A DNA stretch of 64,000 nt from a virus: the IMG/VR virus record IMGVR_UViG_3300042691_033239, positions 5,650 to 69,649 of that record, one strand, 5' to 3'. The position numbers and the translations under genes were made by a program. Each line of letters starts with the position of its first letter. The stretch's first letter is position 1. The notes under the pieces were generated by a model. It made no database searches. It was not told where the DNA came from and was given only the letters and a program-made list of their open reading frames with translations. Shown here piece by piece: positions 39,363 through 49,861 of this stretch.

Positions 39363-42011
39363 TTAGAATACCGTAAATGTTCTTACTGTAACTGCGCTTC
39401 CTGATAATCTTTGAACAGGCTGAGTTATTCTCACTTTTTCAATAATATTTCCATTATTATCAAATACATCAATGCCATTAAAAATATCCGTATCGCCATT
39501 TAAATTATTTGCAATATATTTTGCATTATTTTTTGGTATTGTATATTCTGTTTCCTTGATATATGCATTATTCTCGGAAACAAATGATATTTTAATTTGA
39601 TCTGCATCATCAAACGATCCACTTGAATTTCCCATCCAAAGCATTGTTGGGTGAGTTATAAAACAAATACCACGATCATAAAATATAGATCCTATATTGT
39701 GATATGTAGATTGATTCATATTTACATTTATTTCACTATCTGATTTTACTAATCCGCCATATTTATTGTCTCTTAATGTAATTACATAAGGATCGGCCGA
39801 CACATTATCATAGTCAGAATATATATCACCGAAAGAGCATGGATCCCCGGATATCATCATTGGCTGAATTTCTATTTTATAACTTTCTCTTTGTATATTA
39901 TCTCCCATGATAACTTTTGGCAAATAAAACACACTACTTCCATTATAGGATGTATTTGTAAAATGATCAGAATCAGCAAATAATCCTTGCTGCACGGGAT
40001 TTATTAAAATTGTATCATTATTATAAAATTGAACATATCCATAAAATATATCAATGTATTTTTTTGTCTTTGCTGCATCAAATCGATCTCTAAATTCAAA
40101 GTCAGAATAGAATAGATCAAGATAGCTTGCCCAACTTTTCACAGATTCATCTATCCAATTATTTAATATACTAGCATCCGTAGTAAAATCATGATTATCG
40201 CTTGGCCAAATTCTCATTGTTGAAGGAGCATAAGATGCGGATGTCAATGAAGATATCAAATCCATTGGATTCGACGGAATGAATGTTCTTCTCTGCGCTC
40301 CCTCTATAGTTCCAGATGCAATAAACACAGGCACCGCAAAGTTTCCATTTCTTATGTCAACCAATGATAGATTCTGCATCCATTGAGTGCCAAACCCAAG
40401 CAAAGGAGATCTATCACTATTCCATTTAATACCTTGGTTATTTCCAAATGAGGCATTTGACCATATTGTATTCGCAACATCCCCGCCTATCTGTAATACA
40501 TCCACCTTAGAACTTGAATAAGAACTATCATTGATATTGCCAGCCAATTGAGCTACAGATAAAATATGAGGCTCTTCAAGGTAAAGGATCTTGCTATCAT
40601 TCACAATAGAATCAAAATAATTATTTGAATAATAATTTAATGAGTTTGTAAATGCAGCAGAACTAAAAACACTAGACACACCATTATCCACTACTCTTGT
40701 TCTTGGGGCACTAACAGGAACATAAAAAATGCATGACTTGTCATAAGAAAAATCTTGATGCTTATTTTGGTCTATTTCGTCTAATTCCAAAAATCGAGAA
40801 TGCAAAGATATATCATGAAGTTCTATCAACTTTGCGGAGCCTAATTGAATAGGATAATCAAATCCAGACGGATGATTTCCGTACAATCTAAATTGCCCCA
40901 AGTTTCCTAATGTAATTAATCCATCAATTGTAGTTCTTATACTGCCTATCTCACTAAAACTAGAAGAAACTAAAGTATAAGGATATGTGGAGTTGATCCA
41001 GTTGCCATTGTTCGGGGGCATTGTCAAGCCCGAAGAATTCAGATAGAATTCCCCAACATTTCTGCCATTTAATAGAAAACTTCCGGTACTATCATTAATA
41101 CTTTCCTGCCACCTGACACCTATCTGATTCCATTCGCCTAAATTGATATCTAAAGGGTCAGATTGAGCCTGATATACATCTGTTTGGCCGGATCCTGTCG
41201 CTGCTAAAACATAAATCCTTCTATCACCATTTGAATCACGATTAACACCAAAAGAGAAGCACGCGAATGGCACTTGAAGCCCTGTGATAGTGTTTATATT
41301 CGTTGCGGATGATCCAGATGCAAATCCCGACCAAGATGCGGAGAGGATTGTTAGAACGGGCGATAGGCCACTTGAAACGGATATGTCTGCTGGCGGTGAA
41401 GAACCTGTAAAATTTGAACTAGTAAGATCATATACATTATCAGATCCAATATCATCTTGAAGTATTTTGATATATGATATTGCTGTAAATCCATTGTCAA
41501 TAAATGAATAAGCATTATTTTGAGAAAATGCATAGCAAGGAGTTAATATAGGTCTTGATAAAACCAATGATTGTTTATTTAATGCCGTATTATCAAATCT
41601 AGGCCCATAGCTTGCTGCATACTTTGGCATATATACATTTTGCAAGGAATCTCTCATTTGTCCATACATAGACTGAGAGACATCCGTTGATATATACGTT
41701 CCGCTCTGAACCTTGTATATTTCAAGTCTCCTGACTTCATCGTAAGGATTTAAGGCATTTGCGTAGCCACCGGGATATACATTTGAACTTCCCGCTATAG
41801 ACTCATCAAAAAATTCAACACCTGGAATTCTTTCTAATGCTCCACGACTTCCATTCTCTATCGCAAGCGATCCATCTTCCAAATAGCCGGGAGTTGATAA
41901 TATTTTTTGGCCACCGGAAATACCAGAACTATTAGAAACTATCTCTATGGAAGTCCTAGTTTTAGAGGAGTAGACCCTACTATCATTTTCGCTAATTTTG
42001 AAAAAAGGCAT
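39363..42011 (-). CDS. probable baseplate/tail structural protein with LamG-like domain
   Basis: GEWNQIGVRW...LLNG LamG-like segment. IGSIFYDRG and the C-terminal GIDVFDNNGNIIEKVRITQPVQR are shared with the next gene. Confidence 0.6.
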   Translation of the reverse strand: MPFFKISENDSRVYSSKTRTSIEIVSNSSGISGGQKILSTPGYLEDGSLAIENGSRGALERIPGVEFFDESIAGSSNVYPGGYANALNPYDEVRRLEIYKVQSGTYISTDVSQSMYGQMRDSLQNVYMPKYAASYGPRFDNTALNKQSLVLSRPILTPCYAFSQNNAYSFIDNGFTAISYIKILQDDIGSDNVYDLTSSNFTGSSPPADISVSSGLSPVLTILSASWSGFASGSSATNINTITGLQVPFACFSFGVNRDSNGDRRIYVLAATGSGQTDVYQAQSDPLDINLGEWNQIGVRWQESINDSTGSFLLNGRNVGEFYLNSSGLTMPPNNGNWINSTYPYTLVSSSFSEIGSIRTTIDGLITLGNLGQFRLYGNHPSGFDYPIQLGSAKLIELHDISLHSRFLELDEIDQNKHQDFSYDKSCIFYVPVSAPRTRVVDNGVSSVFSSAAFTNSLNYYSNNYFDSIVNDSKILYLEEPHILSVAQLAGNINDSSYSSSKVDVLQIGGDVANTIWSNASFGNNQGIKWNSDRSPLLGFGTQWMQNLSLVDIRNGNFAVPVFIASGTIEGAQRRTFIPSNPMDLISSLTSASYAPSTMRIWPSDNHDFTTDASILNNWIDESVKSWASYLDLFYSDFEFRDRFDAAKTKKYIDIFYGYVQFYNNDTILINPVQQGLFADSDHFTNTSYNGSSVFYLPKVIMGDNIQRESYKIEIQPMMISGDPCSFGDIYSDYDNVSADPYVITLRDNKYGGLVKSDSEINVNMNQSTYHNIGSIFYDRGICFITHPTMLWMGNSSGSFDDADQIKISFVSENNAYIKETEYTIPKNNAKYIANNLNGDTDIFNGIDVFDNNGNIIEKVRITQPVQRLSGSAVTVRTFTVF

Positions 42012-42016
42012 TTTTA

Positions 42017-43123
42017 TTAAACATCTAGTCTTGCTGCGCCTCGAAGCGAGGTTTCTCTTGAATTTCTAAGTGGCCTCGATGGTTTTGCGACTCCCAATGT
42101 ATTTCCGGCAGCATCATGTAAAGTAAAGGCAGTGATAAATGTCGTAGGATTATTTATGTCCGTTCCATTGAGAGTTCTTATATTTCCATTAGAATCAGTA
42201 AACGTCGGATTGGATGACAAGTTAAAATCTTCAAATCCAATATCCATTGCAATTGTTACAGAATTAACTCTTGTGATGTTCTGGAACTCTAATCCAATAT
42301 TGAAAGCTCCATCCACAGATCCGGTAAGAAATCTAGTCTCTCTTATCGAAGTAACAATTTGATCTATTGTCGAACCAGAAAGAACACTCTTCAATGTAGC
42401 ATTACCTGTCCTTTGGCCCTCAAACCAATAATTAGAATATCCAACATCCACCGGATCAGGAGAATCTACTAGCTGAGCGCCATTAAAACTTCTAGAAACA
42501 TCGAGGACAATAACACCCTGTTCCAAGAACACTAATCCTACCGGAGTTGTTGTTCCTGTTGTCCCAGAATAAAGCGTTGTTACTTCTGTTTGGATAGGTG
42601 TGATATTTGGCCTTCCAAAATTTACATCCGTGGCTGCGTAAGCAAATGTAGGTTCGGTCGCAACATCAGATCCGGAAGCATAAACAAGATTTGCATACAT
42701 TGTATTCTGCTTTATCTTATCTCTATGAAATAATCTCTTAATACAAATAAAAACCGCCTCTGTAACTTGACTGCCTGTTGAACTAGAGAGAAAAGGCACA
42801 TTGAAGACAGAATCAGCAGAACCTAGAAGAGTCTGAGCAAATTGTCTATATATCTGAATTTTTGGTTCAAGATCTTTTGTATATGTCCCTGTCAATCTAG
42901 AACTTTCAGACTGACCATAAGTAATGTCCATGATTTTGTTTGCAGTAATCGATGTTATCGACTGGTCATATACAGTTTGAAATGTACCTGATGTGCCTAG
43001 CTGCGTATACAACTGAACATTGTTACTTCCAGAAATTTGATCGCCAATAACGTCAATTACCTGATTTAACTCACTGACACTAACAGTAATATTTTCTGCC
43101 GGAATATCTTTGTATGTACTCAT
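42017..43123 (-). CDS. probable baseplate structural protein
   Basis: VGLVFLEQGVIVL, FNLSSNPTF and FITAFTLHD..GNTLGVAKPSRPLRN...RLD motifs typical of large-phage baseplate proteins. Confidence 0.65.
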   Translation of the reverse strand: MSTYKDIPAENITVSVSELNQVIDVIGDQISGSNNVQLYTQLGTSGTFQTVYDQSITSITANKIMDITYGQSESSRLTGTYTKDLEPKIQIYRQFAQTLLGSADSVFNVPFLSSSTGSQVTEAVFICIKRLFHRDKIKQNTMYANLVYASGSDVATEPTFAYAATDVNFGRPNITPIQTEVTTLYSGTTGTTTPVGLVFLEQGVIVLDVSRSFNGAQLVDSPDPVDVGYSNYWFEGQRTGNATLKSVLSGSTIDQIVTSIRETRFLTGSVDGAFNIGLEFQNITRVNSVTIAMDIGFEDFNLSSNPTFTDSNGNIRTLNGTDINNPTTFITAFTLHDAAGNTLGVAKPSRPLRNSRETSLRGAARLDV

Positions 43124-43153
43124 AATATATTATTTATACTCTCTATTTTAAAA

Positions 43154-43882
43154 TTAGCTATTTGTTATTGTCAATTCTATTGTTTTTGATAAACCAGAAT
43201 TTTTACCAGTGACCGTGATATGCGTTTTAAGACTATTTCCCGTAACGCCATATCTAGCCGCCTGTGTCGCAAAGTTATTGAATACAGTGTATGCTCTCAT
43301 TGTTAATGTAGAGCCTTCTGTCGGACTTATCCTTGTGGCAACAAATCTTGTTGTAGAATTTCTAAAAGAATCCACCGTAAGATCCGCACTCGAAGATTGA
43401 CCACCAGAAACCAACCTGATTAACTGTGAGTTAAATTCAACTATAAATGAATCATCTATCAATGAAGGCTGAACTGTCTGTGATTGGAAATCTTGCTGTA
43501 ATGTAATTTGAATGTTTGATCCGGCCACCATGCTTATCTGTAATCCCGGAGTTACATTGTAAACAGGAAGTTTGGTAATTGTAGACAATGCATTAAGTGG
43601 CACTCGAATTAACTTAGATCTTGATTGAGTAGAGCCAGCAGAAGCAGGTTCAAATACCAACTGCCTCCTAACTACCTTCGCAACAACATCTTCAAAGGTA
43701 ACACCATTTACACCAACCTCATCGAATACTGAATAATCGATGTCATCATCAGAACATGCAAATTGAACAATATCAAAATCTTGTGTAGATGAAAATGCCT
43801 GAGCCAATCTTTGTCTTCCCAAATCTGTCAGAATTACATCCATGACCAACGAATCCAAAGGATTTCTTGATAGAATACCCAT
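43154..43882 (-). CDS. probable baseplate structural protein
   Basis: DVILTDLGRQRLA...FDIVQFACSDDDIDY N-terminal motif. Confidence 0.65.
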   Translation of the reverse strand: MGILSRNPLDSLVMDVILTDLGRQRLAQAFSSTQDFDIVQFACSDDDIDYSVFDEVGVNGVTFEDVVAKVVRRQLVFEPASAGSTQSRSKLIRVPLNALSTITKLPVYNVTPGLQISMVAGSNIQITLQQDFQSQTVQPSLIDDSFIVEFNSQLIRLVSGGQSSSADLTVDSFRNSTTRFVATRISPTEGSTLTMRAYTVFNNFATQAARYGVTGNSLKTHITVTGKNSGLSKTIELTITNS

Positions 43883-43994
43883 ATCTTATTTATCTTATCC
43901 TCTTAAAAAGAATTATTGCTTTCATTGTATATACTTTAGTAAAACTTTAACAATAAGTCAAGTAGTAAAATTAAGTATACATAGATGACTATTT

Positions 43995-45131
43995 TTATCT
44001 TCTTACACTTTTAATAAGCTTAAGATAATTGTAAGCCTCTTTGAAAGGAAATCCACCTGAGAAATTAATATTTGCCATTAATAGCTCCAAGAAGTCGATC
44101 CCATAAGTATTTTCATAGTATTTATCCAGAGTCTTTATTACATCTTTGCCTATCTCTTTTAAGGTAAATTCATGTTCGTTGTCAGATATATCCATAGTTT
44201 GATGCTCTTCGCCATAATCATGAATTTGAATCATAAATCTTCTAAATCCTTGTTTTATTATTAATAAAAATATTTTACTATATTGTGAGTAATTTTGAAA
44301 ATTATTTACCGCTGATTTGGTCGGAGAATTATCTTGCTGGGTTGTTGAAACACACCATCCACTATCAAATCCCAAAGCGCATGATGCCTTTGCTGTTAAT
44401 ACTTCCAATAACATTTTATCACCAGAAGAATAAACCAAATTATAGTCAGTTCCCCTAACCAAAGCCTCCAGTTTTTTTGAAAAAATCTCTTCCTGCTCTT
44501 TGGAATCATATTCATGATAAATTGTAAATGATGCATCGCCTATGTATTCATACCAAGTTTCCATTCTCCCAGGCTCTTTATATTCCTTTTCATAGTAATC
44601 AAAAAATTTTTTAATTTTAACCATATCTTCATCTATGAGATTGGTAGATTCTAACTCTTTATGAAGATCTATAAAAAGATGAATTGTTTCCTCATCAAAT
44701 TTTTGTAAAATTTGATTCATTTGTCTAAAAAATGCATCTGCGTATTCCGTAGATTTTTCTTCTAAAAATATATAAATCATATTAATAGATTTACATTCTA
44801 ATAATTCATCAAAATTTTTATATCTATTTATATCTTTATGTAAGCATCCAGAAAATTTCTGCTCGGGAAAATGTCTAATCTTGTAGTGAATTTCTAAAAA
44901 TTCTCCCAATGGTGATAAATTATATGTATCATCATTAATAAGATTATCTTCTCTTGAATAACACTTACATATCCAGTCTAAATACTTTTTGTTTGGCGAA
45001 GGATCATAATAAGAAAGTGATAGGATAACATCTTCACTCATTTTATATTTGTTTGATAAAAATGATATTTTATTTGATAAATCTTTTTGTTCAATAAGAA
45101 GTTTTATATATGATTTAAGTATTTTTATCAT
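43995..45131 (-). CDS. 'WC-motif' protein (paralog 2)
   Basis: Tag ILKSYIKLLIEQ; DPSPNKKYLDWI; DINRY; ASCALGFDSGWCVS. Confidence 0.8.
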   Translation of the reverse strand: MIKILKSYIKLLIEQKDLSNKISFLSNKYKMSEDVILSLSYYDPSPNKKYLDWICKCYSREDNLINDDTYNLSPLGEFLEIHYKIRHFPEQKFSGCLHKDINRYKNFDELLECKSINMIYIFLEEKSTEYADAFFRQMNQILQKFDEETIHLFIDLHKELESTNLIDEDMVKIKKFFDYYEKEYKEPGRMETWYEYIGDASFTIYHEYDSKEQEEIFSKKLEALVRGTDYNLVYSSGDKMLLEVLTAKASCALGFDSGWCVSTTQQDNSPTKSAVNNFQNYSQYSKIFLLIIKQGFRRFMIQIHDYGEEHQTMDISDNEHEFTLKEIGKDVIKTLDKYYENTYGIDFLELLMANINFSGGFPFKEAYNYLKLIKSVRR

Positions 45132-46383
45132 TTAAAAATTTATCCCAAATTTCTTCACCAGATCCTAATTTACGAAGAATATTTCTTAAATTGCTGATAA
45201 CATCCGGATTTACACTTGATGCCGTATTAACATCTCCAGTATATTTTTCAATTCCAGATAAAATGTCATATATATAATCATTAAATTCATTATCAATTAA
45301 ATTATCTTCCATGTATGATGATAATGCCATTATTGATTGATTTGAAAGGTTAATAACAACTTCATTATCATATAAATCCTTAAATTGTGTCATTCTCAAC
45401 AGATCATAATCATATATCGGTAATGATATTAAGTATTTATTTGACTTTTTACCTTCTTGTTTTTTCATATAAAAGAATATGAATGAGTCATTGCTATAAC
45501 TATCAAATATCTGTCTTGCGCTATTTGTAGGCTCACTTTCTTTGGTTGATGTAGATACACACCAAAAAGAATCTTCTCCTAATTTACATGTTGCGTTGAC
45601 AGATTTTATGTGAAGAAGAATTTCGCTATCACTTTCATAAACAATAGAATAATCAGTATCTTTATTAAGTAATGTTATGATATTTTTAATCTCATCAAAT
45701 TTTTTCTCTTCTAAATCTGAAGATGCATTTTGTTCGATAAATTCCATAAATTTTTGATAATCAGATGTTAAGTCTGGATTTCCACCATATTTTTCAAATA
45801 AAATAAATTTTCTTCTCAGGGCACTCGAATCTTCCTGCAATTGTGAAATTTTTTTATCAATTGTTGTATTGTTAAACAAATATAAATAATGCATTAATAT
45901 TGTTACGTATGATAAATAAAATTTAGGAAGTATATAATTACATAAATTTAAAAATTTACTAATTTTTTCATTAGATTTATCACAGAAAAAAATAACTCTC
46001 CTTAAAACTTCAGATCCTATCAGGTCATGAAAATTTATATCATATATACTTCTTGGAAATAATTCAGATGTTTTATTTCTAAAATTTTTACTAGATAATA
46101 TATTAAAAGTATATAAAAAATTATTTAATTTTCCTAAAGAAAAAGATTCAAAAAATATTTGATCAGGATTTAAAAGATTAACATATTCTCTTAAAATCCA
46201 ATCAGAATATATTTTATCAGCAGACGGATCTTGTTCTATTGCATAATCAATTAAAAAATTTATTGTATTTTTACTAATTTTACCTTCATATTTTTTCTTA
46301 AGGTAATTTATCGTTTTACTATAATTAAAATTACTATTTTCAAATAATAATTCTTTTATATATTGTTTAATTAAATTTTTCAT
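45115..46383 (-). CDS. 'WC-motif' protein (paralog 3)
   Basis: Tag LIKQYIKELLFEN; DPSADKIYSDWI; ATCKLGEDSFWCVS. Confidence 0.8.
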   Translation of the reverse strand: MKNLIKQYIKELLFENSNFNYSKTINYLKKKYEGKISKNTINFLIDYAIEQDPSADKIYSDWILREYVNLLNPDQIFFESFSLGKLNNFLYTFNILSSKNFRNKTSELFPRSIYDINFHDLIGSEVLRRVIFFCDKSNEKISKFLNLCNYILPKFYLSYVTILMHYLYLFNNTTIDKKISQLQEDSSALRRKFILFEKYGGNPDLTSDYQKFMEFIEQNASSDLEEKKFDEIKNIITLLNKDTDYSIVYESDSEILLHIKSVNATCKLGEDSFWCVSTSTKESEPTNSARQIFDSYSNDSFIFFYMKKQEGKKSNKYLISLPIYDYDLLRMTQFKDLYDNEVVINLSNQSIMALSSYMEDNLIDNEFNDYIYDILSGIEKYTGDVNTASSVNPDVISNLRNILRKLGSGEEIWDKFLNDKNT

Positions 46384-46386
46384 TGA

Positions 46387-47628
46387 TTAATAATCACCTA
46401 CAGCCTGCCTAAGAATTTGCATGACATTTACATATGTTGTTTCTCCAAATTCACCAATATCATCAATTTGAAATTTATATTCTTCAAACATTTCAACTAC
46501 ATAATCCGCATCATATCCATTATTATGATACAATAAGTATATTGATCCGAGTGCATTACTGGAGAATGGAACAATAATGGGCTGATCCTTTATATCCATA
46601 AATTGCATATCGTCAAAATTAAAGATCTTTGGTAATGAGATCATATATTTTGTATTTTGATTTATATAAAATAAAACAAAAGTATTTGCATTATATCTAT
46701 TAAAGTATTTACTAGAGCTATCTGTCGGGCTCCCATCTGATCTTGATTGAGATATACACCATTTTGTTTTCATTCCGGCAGTACATGAAGCCCTAGGGCT
46801 TAATAAATGGATAAGGAATTCAATGCCATCATCAAGCAAAATAACATAATCAACTCCTTCCTTTAGGTTATTTTTTATGTTCTTTTTTGTTTCAATAATA
46901 TTTTCTTTTGATGAATCTATGGGGGCTTCCTCATCATTAAAATTTTCTACATCATAGATTGTGTATGAATAAACATCACCATATTTATATCCACCAAGCT
47001 CCTCAAATGTATCGAATGCATCGGTAAATCTATTTTTATCTTCTTCAAATCTACTTTTTGTATAATTTTTAAGTGTATTCCACAATATAACAACATATTT
47101 ATGTCTGATAACAGGTAATATTTTTAAAACGCCATCAAGATCGTAACCTATCTTCATAATATCATATAATTCCCGAATAACAGGAATAAAATCAGATAAG
47201 TCATCAAATGACTCATAAAAATTTATATCAGGATTAAATTCAAATTGTATTTTATGTCTTGGTATTTTTTTGATAATATTATGAATTTTAAGATAAGATT
47301 TTATTCCCAAAATAGAATGTATAGGCTCTCCATCATCTTTTATGAAATTTTTAACTACCCATTCCGTATAGTCTGAGGCGTTCGAGGGATCGATATTTTC
47401 CGCAACAAATTTAATAAATTGTCTTAGTATTTCTTCCGGATTGTCGCCTGCCTGACTATGACCAGGATAAGTCAAATTTAAGTCTTTATCTATATATTGA
47501 TATTTATCACTTTGATAGATATTTAAAAATCTTGGTAAATATTTTTTAACTAAAAAATTTATTTTATTGTCATTAATTCTACCTTCATTTAAAATTAATT
47601 TAATATATTCTTTTAAATGATTATTCAT
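46387..47628 (-). CDS. 'WC-motif' protein (paralog 4)
   Basis: Tag LKEYIKLILNEG; DPSNASDYTEWV; DINFY; ASCTAGMKTKWCIS. Confidence 0.8.
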   Translation of the reverse strand: MNNHLKEYIKLILNEGRINDNKINFLVKKYLPRFLNIYQSDKYQYIDKDLNLTYPGHSQAGDNPEEILRQFIKFVAENIDPSNASDYTEWVVKNFIKDDGEPIHSILGIKSYLKIHNIIKKIPRHKIQFEFNPDINFYESFDDLSDFIPVIRELYDIMKIGYDLDGVLKILPVIRHKYVVILWNTLKNYTKSRFEEDKNRFTDAFDTFEELGGYKYGDVYSYTIYDVENFNDEEAPIDSSKENIIETKKNIKNNLKEGVDYVILLDDGIEFLIHLLSPRASCTAGMKTKWCISQSRSDGSPTDSSSKYFNRYNANTFVLFYINQNTKYMISLPKIFNFDDMQFMDIKDQPIIVPFSSNALGSIYLLYHNNGYDADYVVEMFEEYKFQIDDIGEFGETTYVNVMQILRQAVGDY

Positions 47629-47642
47629 GTTATTAATAAAAA

Positions 47643-49847
47643 TTATGAATTCAAAGTAATAATAAAAGATGAATTTCTTTTAATAATTTTATCGGATATA
47701 AGTCCATTATCCAATACATATTCATAGATATAAATATAGTAAAAAATCTTGACATTTTTATCCATGCCCGATTTTTTATTTCCTATAATATCCGACGCAA
47801 CAAAATCCCTAAATGCAAATTTATTATTAACAACTGGTAATGTGCCTAAGCTCTCTCTAATAATAGAAACTTCATTGATCGGATTATCTAGAAATGCCGT
47901 ATCCTGATATACTCTCTCTACTTCCACATAAGGAACATACAGTCCAGAATTATTTATAAATTCTGCCTTAATATCATTAAATGGCATATTTGTTTCTGCC
48001 TGTCTTGATTGCCTTGATATTACATTAATAGATGGCTTCTGTATTGATACTTTAGCATATTCTATTTGTATTGCCGATTGCTGAAGTGGTGTTCTTGAAG
48101 ATACAATATTTTTTATAAAGTCTATCAATGGAACACTTGCATTAAATCTATTGTTGTAAATATTCTTAAAATATCTTGCTGCCACATTATCATCAACACT
48201 GGATACACTTAGATATGCTGCCAACATTTCAGGTGTTATCTCATAAAATTGAATCGTGTAAATAACTAAAAGTCCTCTTTCTTTTGATTTATCTAAGAAA
48301 TCCGTTCTACTTTTAGCTCCAATCATTGCTGCGATAGATGTATTCACATTTATATCAGAAACTCTATCTATAAATTTATCCACAGAATAAACACCAACAT
48401 CTACAGTATTCGATGTCATCGAGTCATATCTTTTTACATGCGCAATAACAAAGGATCCTCCTTGCCTTCCCCCAAGAATAGGATCTCCATCTCTAAATAA
48501 CTGTAAGATAGGATCAAGCCCATCTGCCAATTGAAGATCTTTCACTTTGAAGCCAAGATCAATCATAATGTCATCGCTGGTAGCTAAACTATCAGATATA
48601 TCAACTTCATATCGACTTCTGTTATCCACCGTAATTGATGTAGTTGTCATTACAAGCGCCTGAGACGTTCTGTTATTCATTTGAGCAACGACATTAGGGT
48701 TTGATGTAATACTTACCCTCGGCGTTGAATAGCCTAACGTAGAGACGACATCGCTTGCATAAATTAATCTCTCAATTCCTAACTCACCATACATTCTCAA
48801 TCTCACCTTCATTGTTTGACCAGCGAAAGCCAATGGTATTTCAAACATAGGCAAATTAGATCGAGGATTATCGTCAACTAAGCTTCCCCTTGCTGTTCTT
48901 TGATTTGAGAAGAAGTTCTGATCTTCTTTATTCACTCTTCTTGATATTGGATTTCTTTGATCTATTCTTATAGCTACATCAAAGCATATATAACCACCAG
49001 ATGTTGTAAATCCATTGCCTGTCTCTCTATCATTACCTTGAACATTAGCAAAGAAATAAGATGAAGCGTCAGAAGTTTCAAGATCATTTATTTTTTTAAT
49101 ATTATTTGATGACCAATTAAAATCACCGCTCTTTAATGTCTCTACTTTTAATCTAGAAAAATTAGGAGGAAGATTAAGTAACAATATTCTTAATGTTGAA
49201 TTATTTATATAGTAATAAGAACATGATACATATTTTTCATAATAAGATAGATTATTTTTATTAAGATCATTCTGATTTGAATAGACAGGATTATCTATAT
49301 TTTCTACATCATTCGGCAAAGAACTATTTACTTTTAAATTTCTACTAGGAAGTTGATTATCATTTGATACAGATCTTTTAGCGCCTAAGTCTGTGTTACC
49401 GAATGTTTCAGTTCCTACAACAATATCAGAATTCTCAATGATATTAAGCTTGAATGTCTCTCCTGGCAATCCAGTATATTCAAATTCTTGTCTTATACTT
49501 GCTTCTGCTGTGATAAATGTGGCCCAGCATTCTATAGATGACTCGCCTCTTGCTGCCTGAAATAATAAGGCGGCTTCACTTGTATTTGCATTGTAACTAA
49601 AAGATCCTAAGACAATATCTCTAATTGAATTATTATTTGATGGGCTAACTTGTTCAAATCTATTGATAGGTAAAGATACTACCTTATCAAATTGACGGAC
49701 ACCATGCTTCATTATTGTGATAATTGCATGTGTGTAAGGACCATTCTTTATAGAGGACGGAACATAAAATCTTAGAGAATAGTATTGATTACCGCCCCTA
49801 GATTGATCTCCGATAAATGTATATATTTTAGCAGATATTGTTCTCAT
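47643..49847 (-). CDS. large hypothetical protein, probably virion structural
   Basis: 734-aa ORF in the tail/baseplate block. Confidence 0.65.
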   Translation of the reverse strand: MRTISAKIYTFIGDQSRGGNQYYSLRFYVPSSIKNGPYTHAIITIMKHGVRQFDKVVSLPINRFEQVSPSNNNSIRDIVLGSFSYNANTSEAALLFQAARGESSIECWATFITAEASIRQEFEYTGLPGETFKLNIIENSDIVVGTETFGNTDLGAKRSVSNDNQLPSRNLKVNSSLPNDVENIDNPVYSNQNDLNKNNLSYYEKYVSCSYYYINNSTLRILLLNLPPNFSRLKVETLKSGDFNWSSNNIKKINDLETSDASSYFFANVQGNDRETGNGFTTSGGYICFDVAIRIDQRNPISRRVNKEDQNFFSNQRTARGSLVDDNPRSNLPMFEIPLAFAGQTMKVRLRMYGELGIERLIYASDVVSTLGYSTPRVSITSNPNVVAQMNNRTSQALVMTTTSITVDNRSRYEVDISDSLATSDDIMIDLGFKVKDLQLADGLDPILQLFRDGDPILGGRQGGSFVIAHVKRYDSMTSNTVDVGVYSVDKFIDRVSDINVNTSIAAMIGAKSRTDFLDKSKERGLLVIYTIQFYEITPEMLAAYLSVSSVDDNVAARYFKNIYNNRFNASVPLIDFIKNIVSSRTPLQQSAIQIEYAKVSIQKPSINVISRQSRQAETNMPFNDIKAEFINNSGLYVPYVEVERVYQDTAFLDNPINEVSIIRESLGTLPVVNNKFAFRDFVASDIIGNKKSGMDKNVKIFYYIYIYEYVLDNGLISDKIIKRNSSFIITLNS

Positions 49848-49861
49848 AATTATTTTATCAC

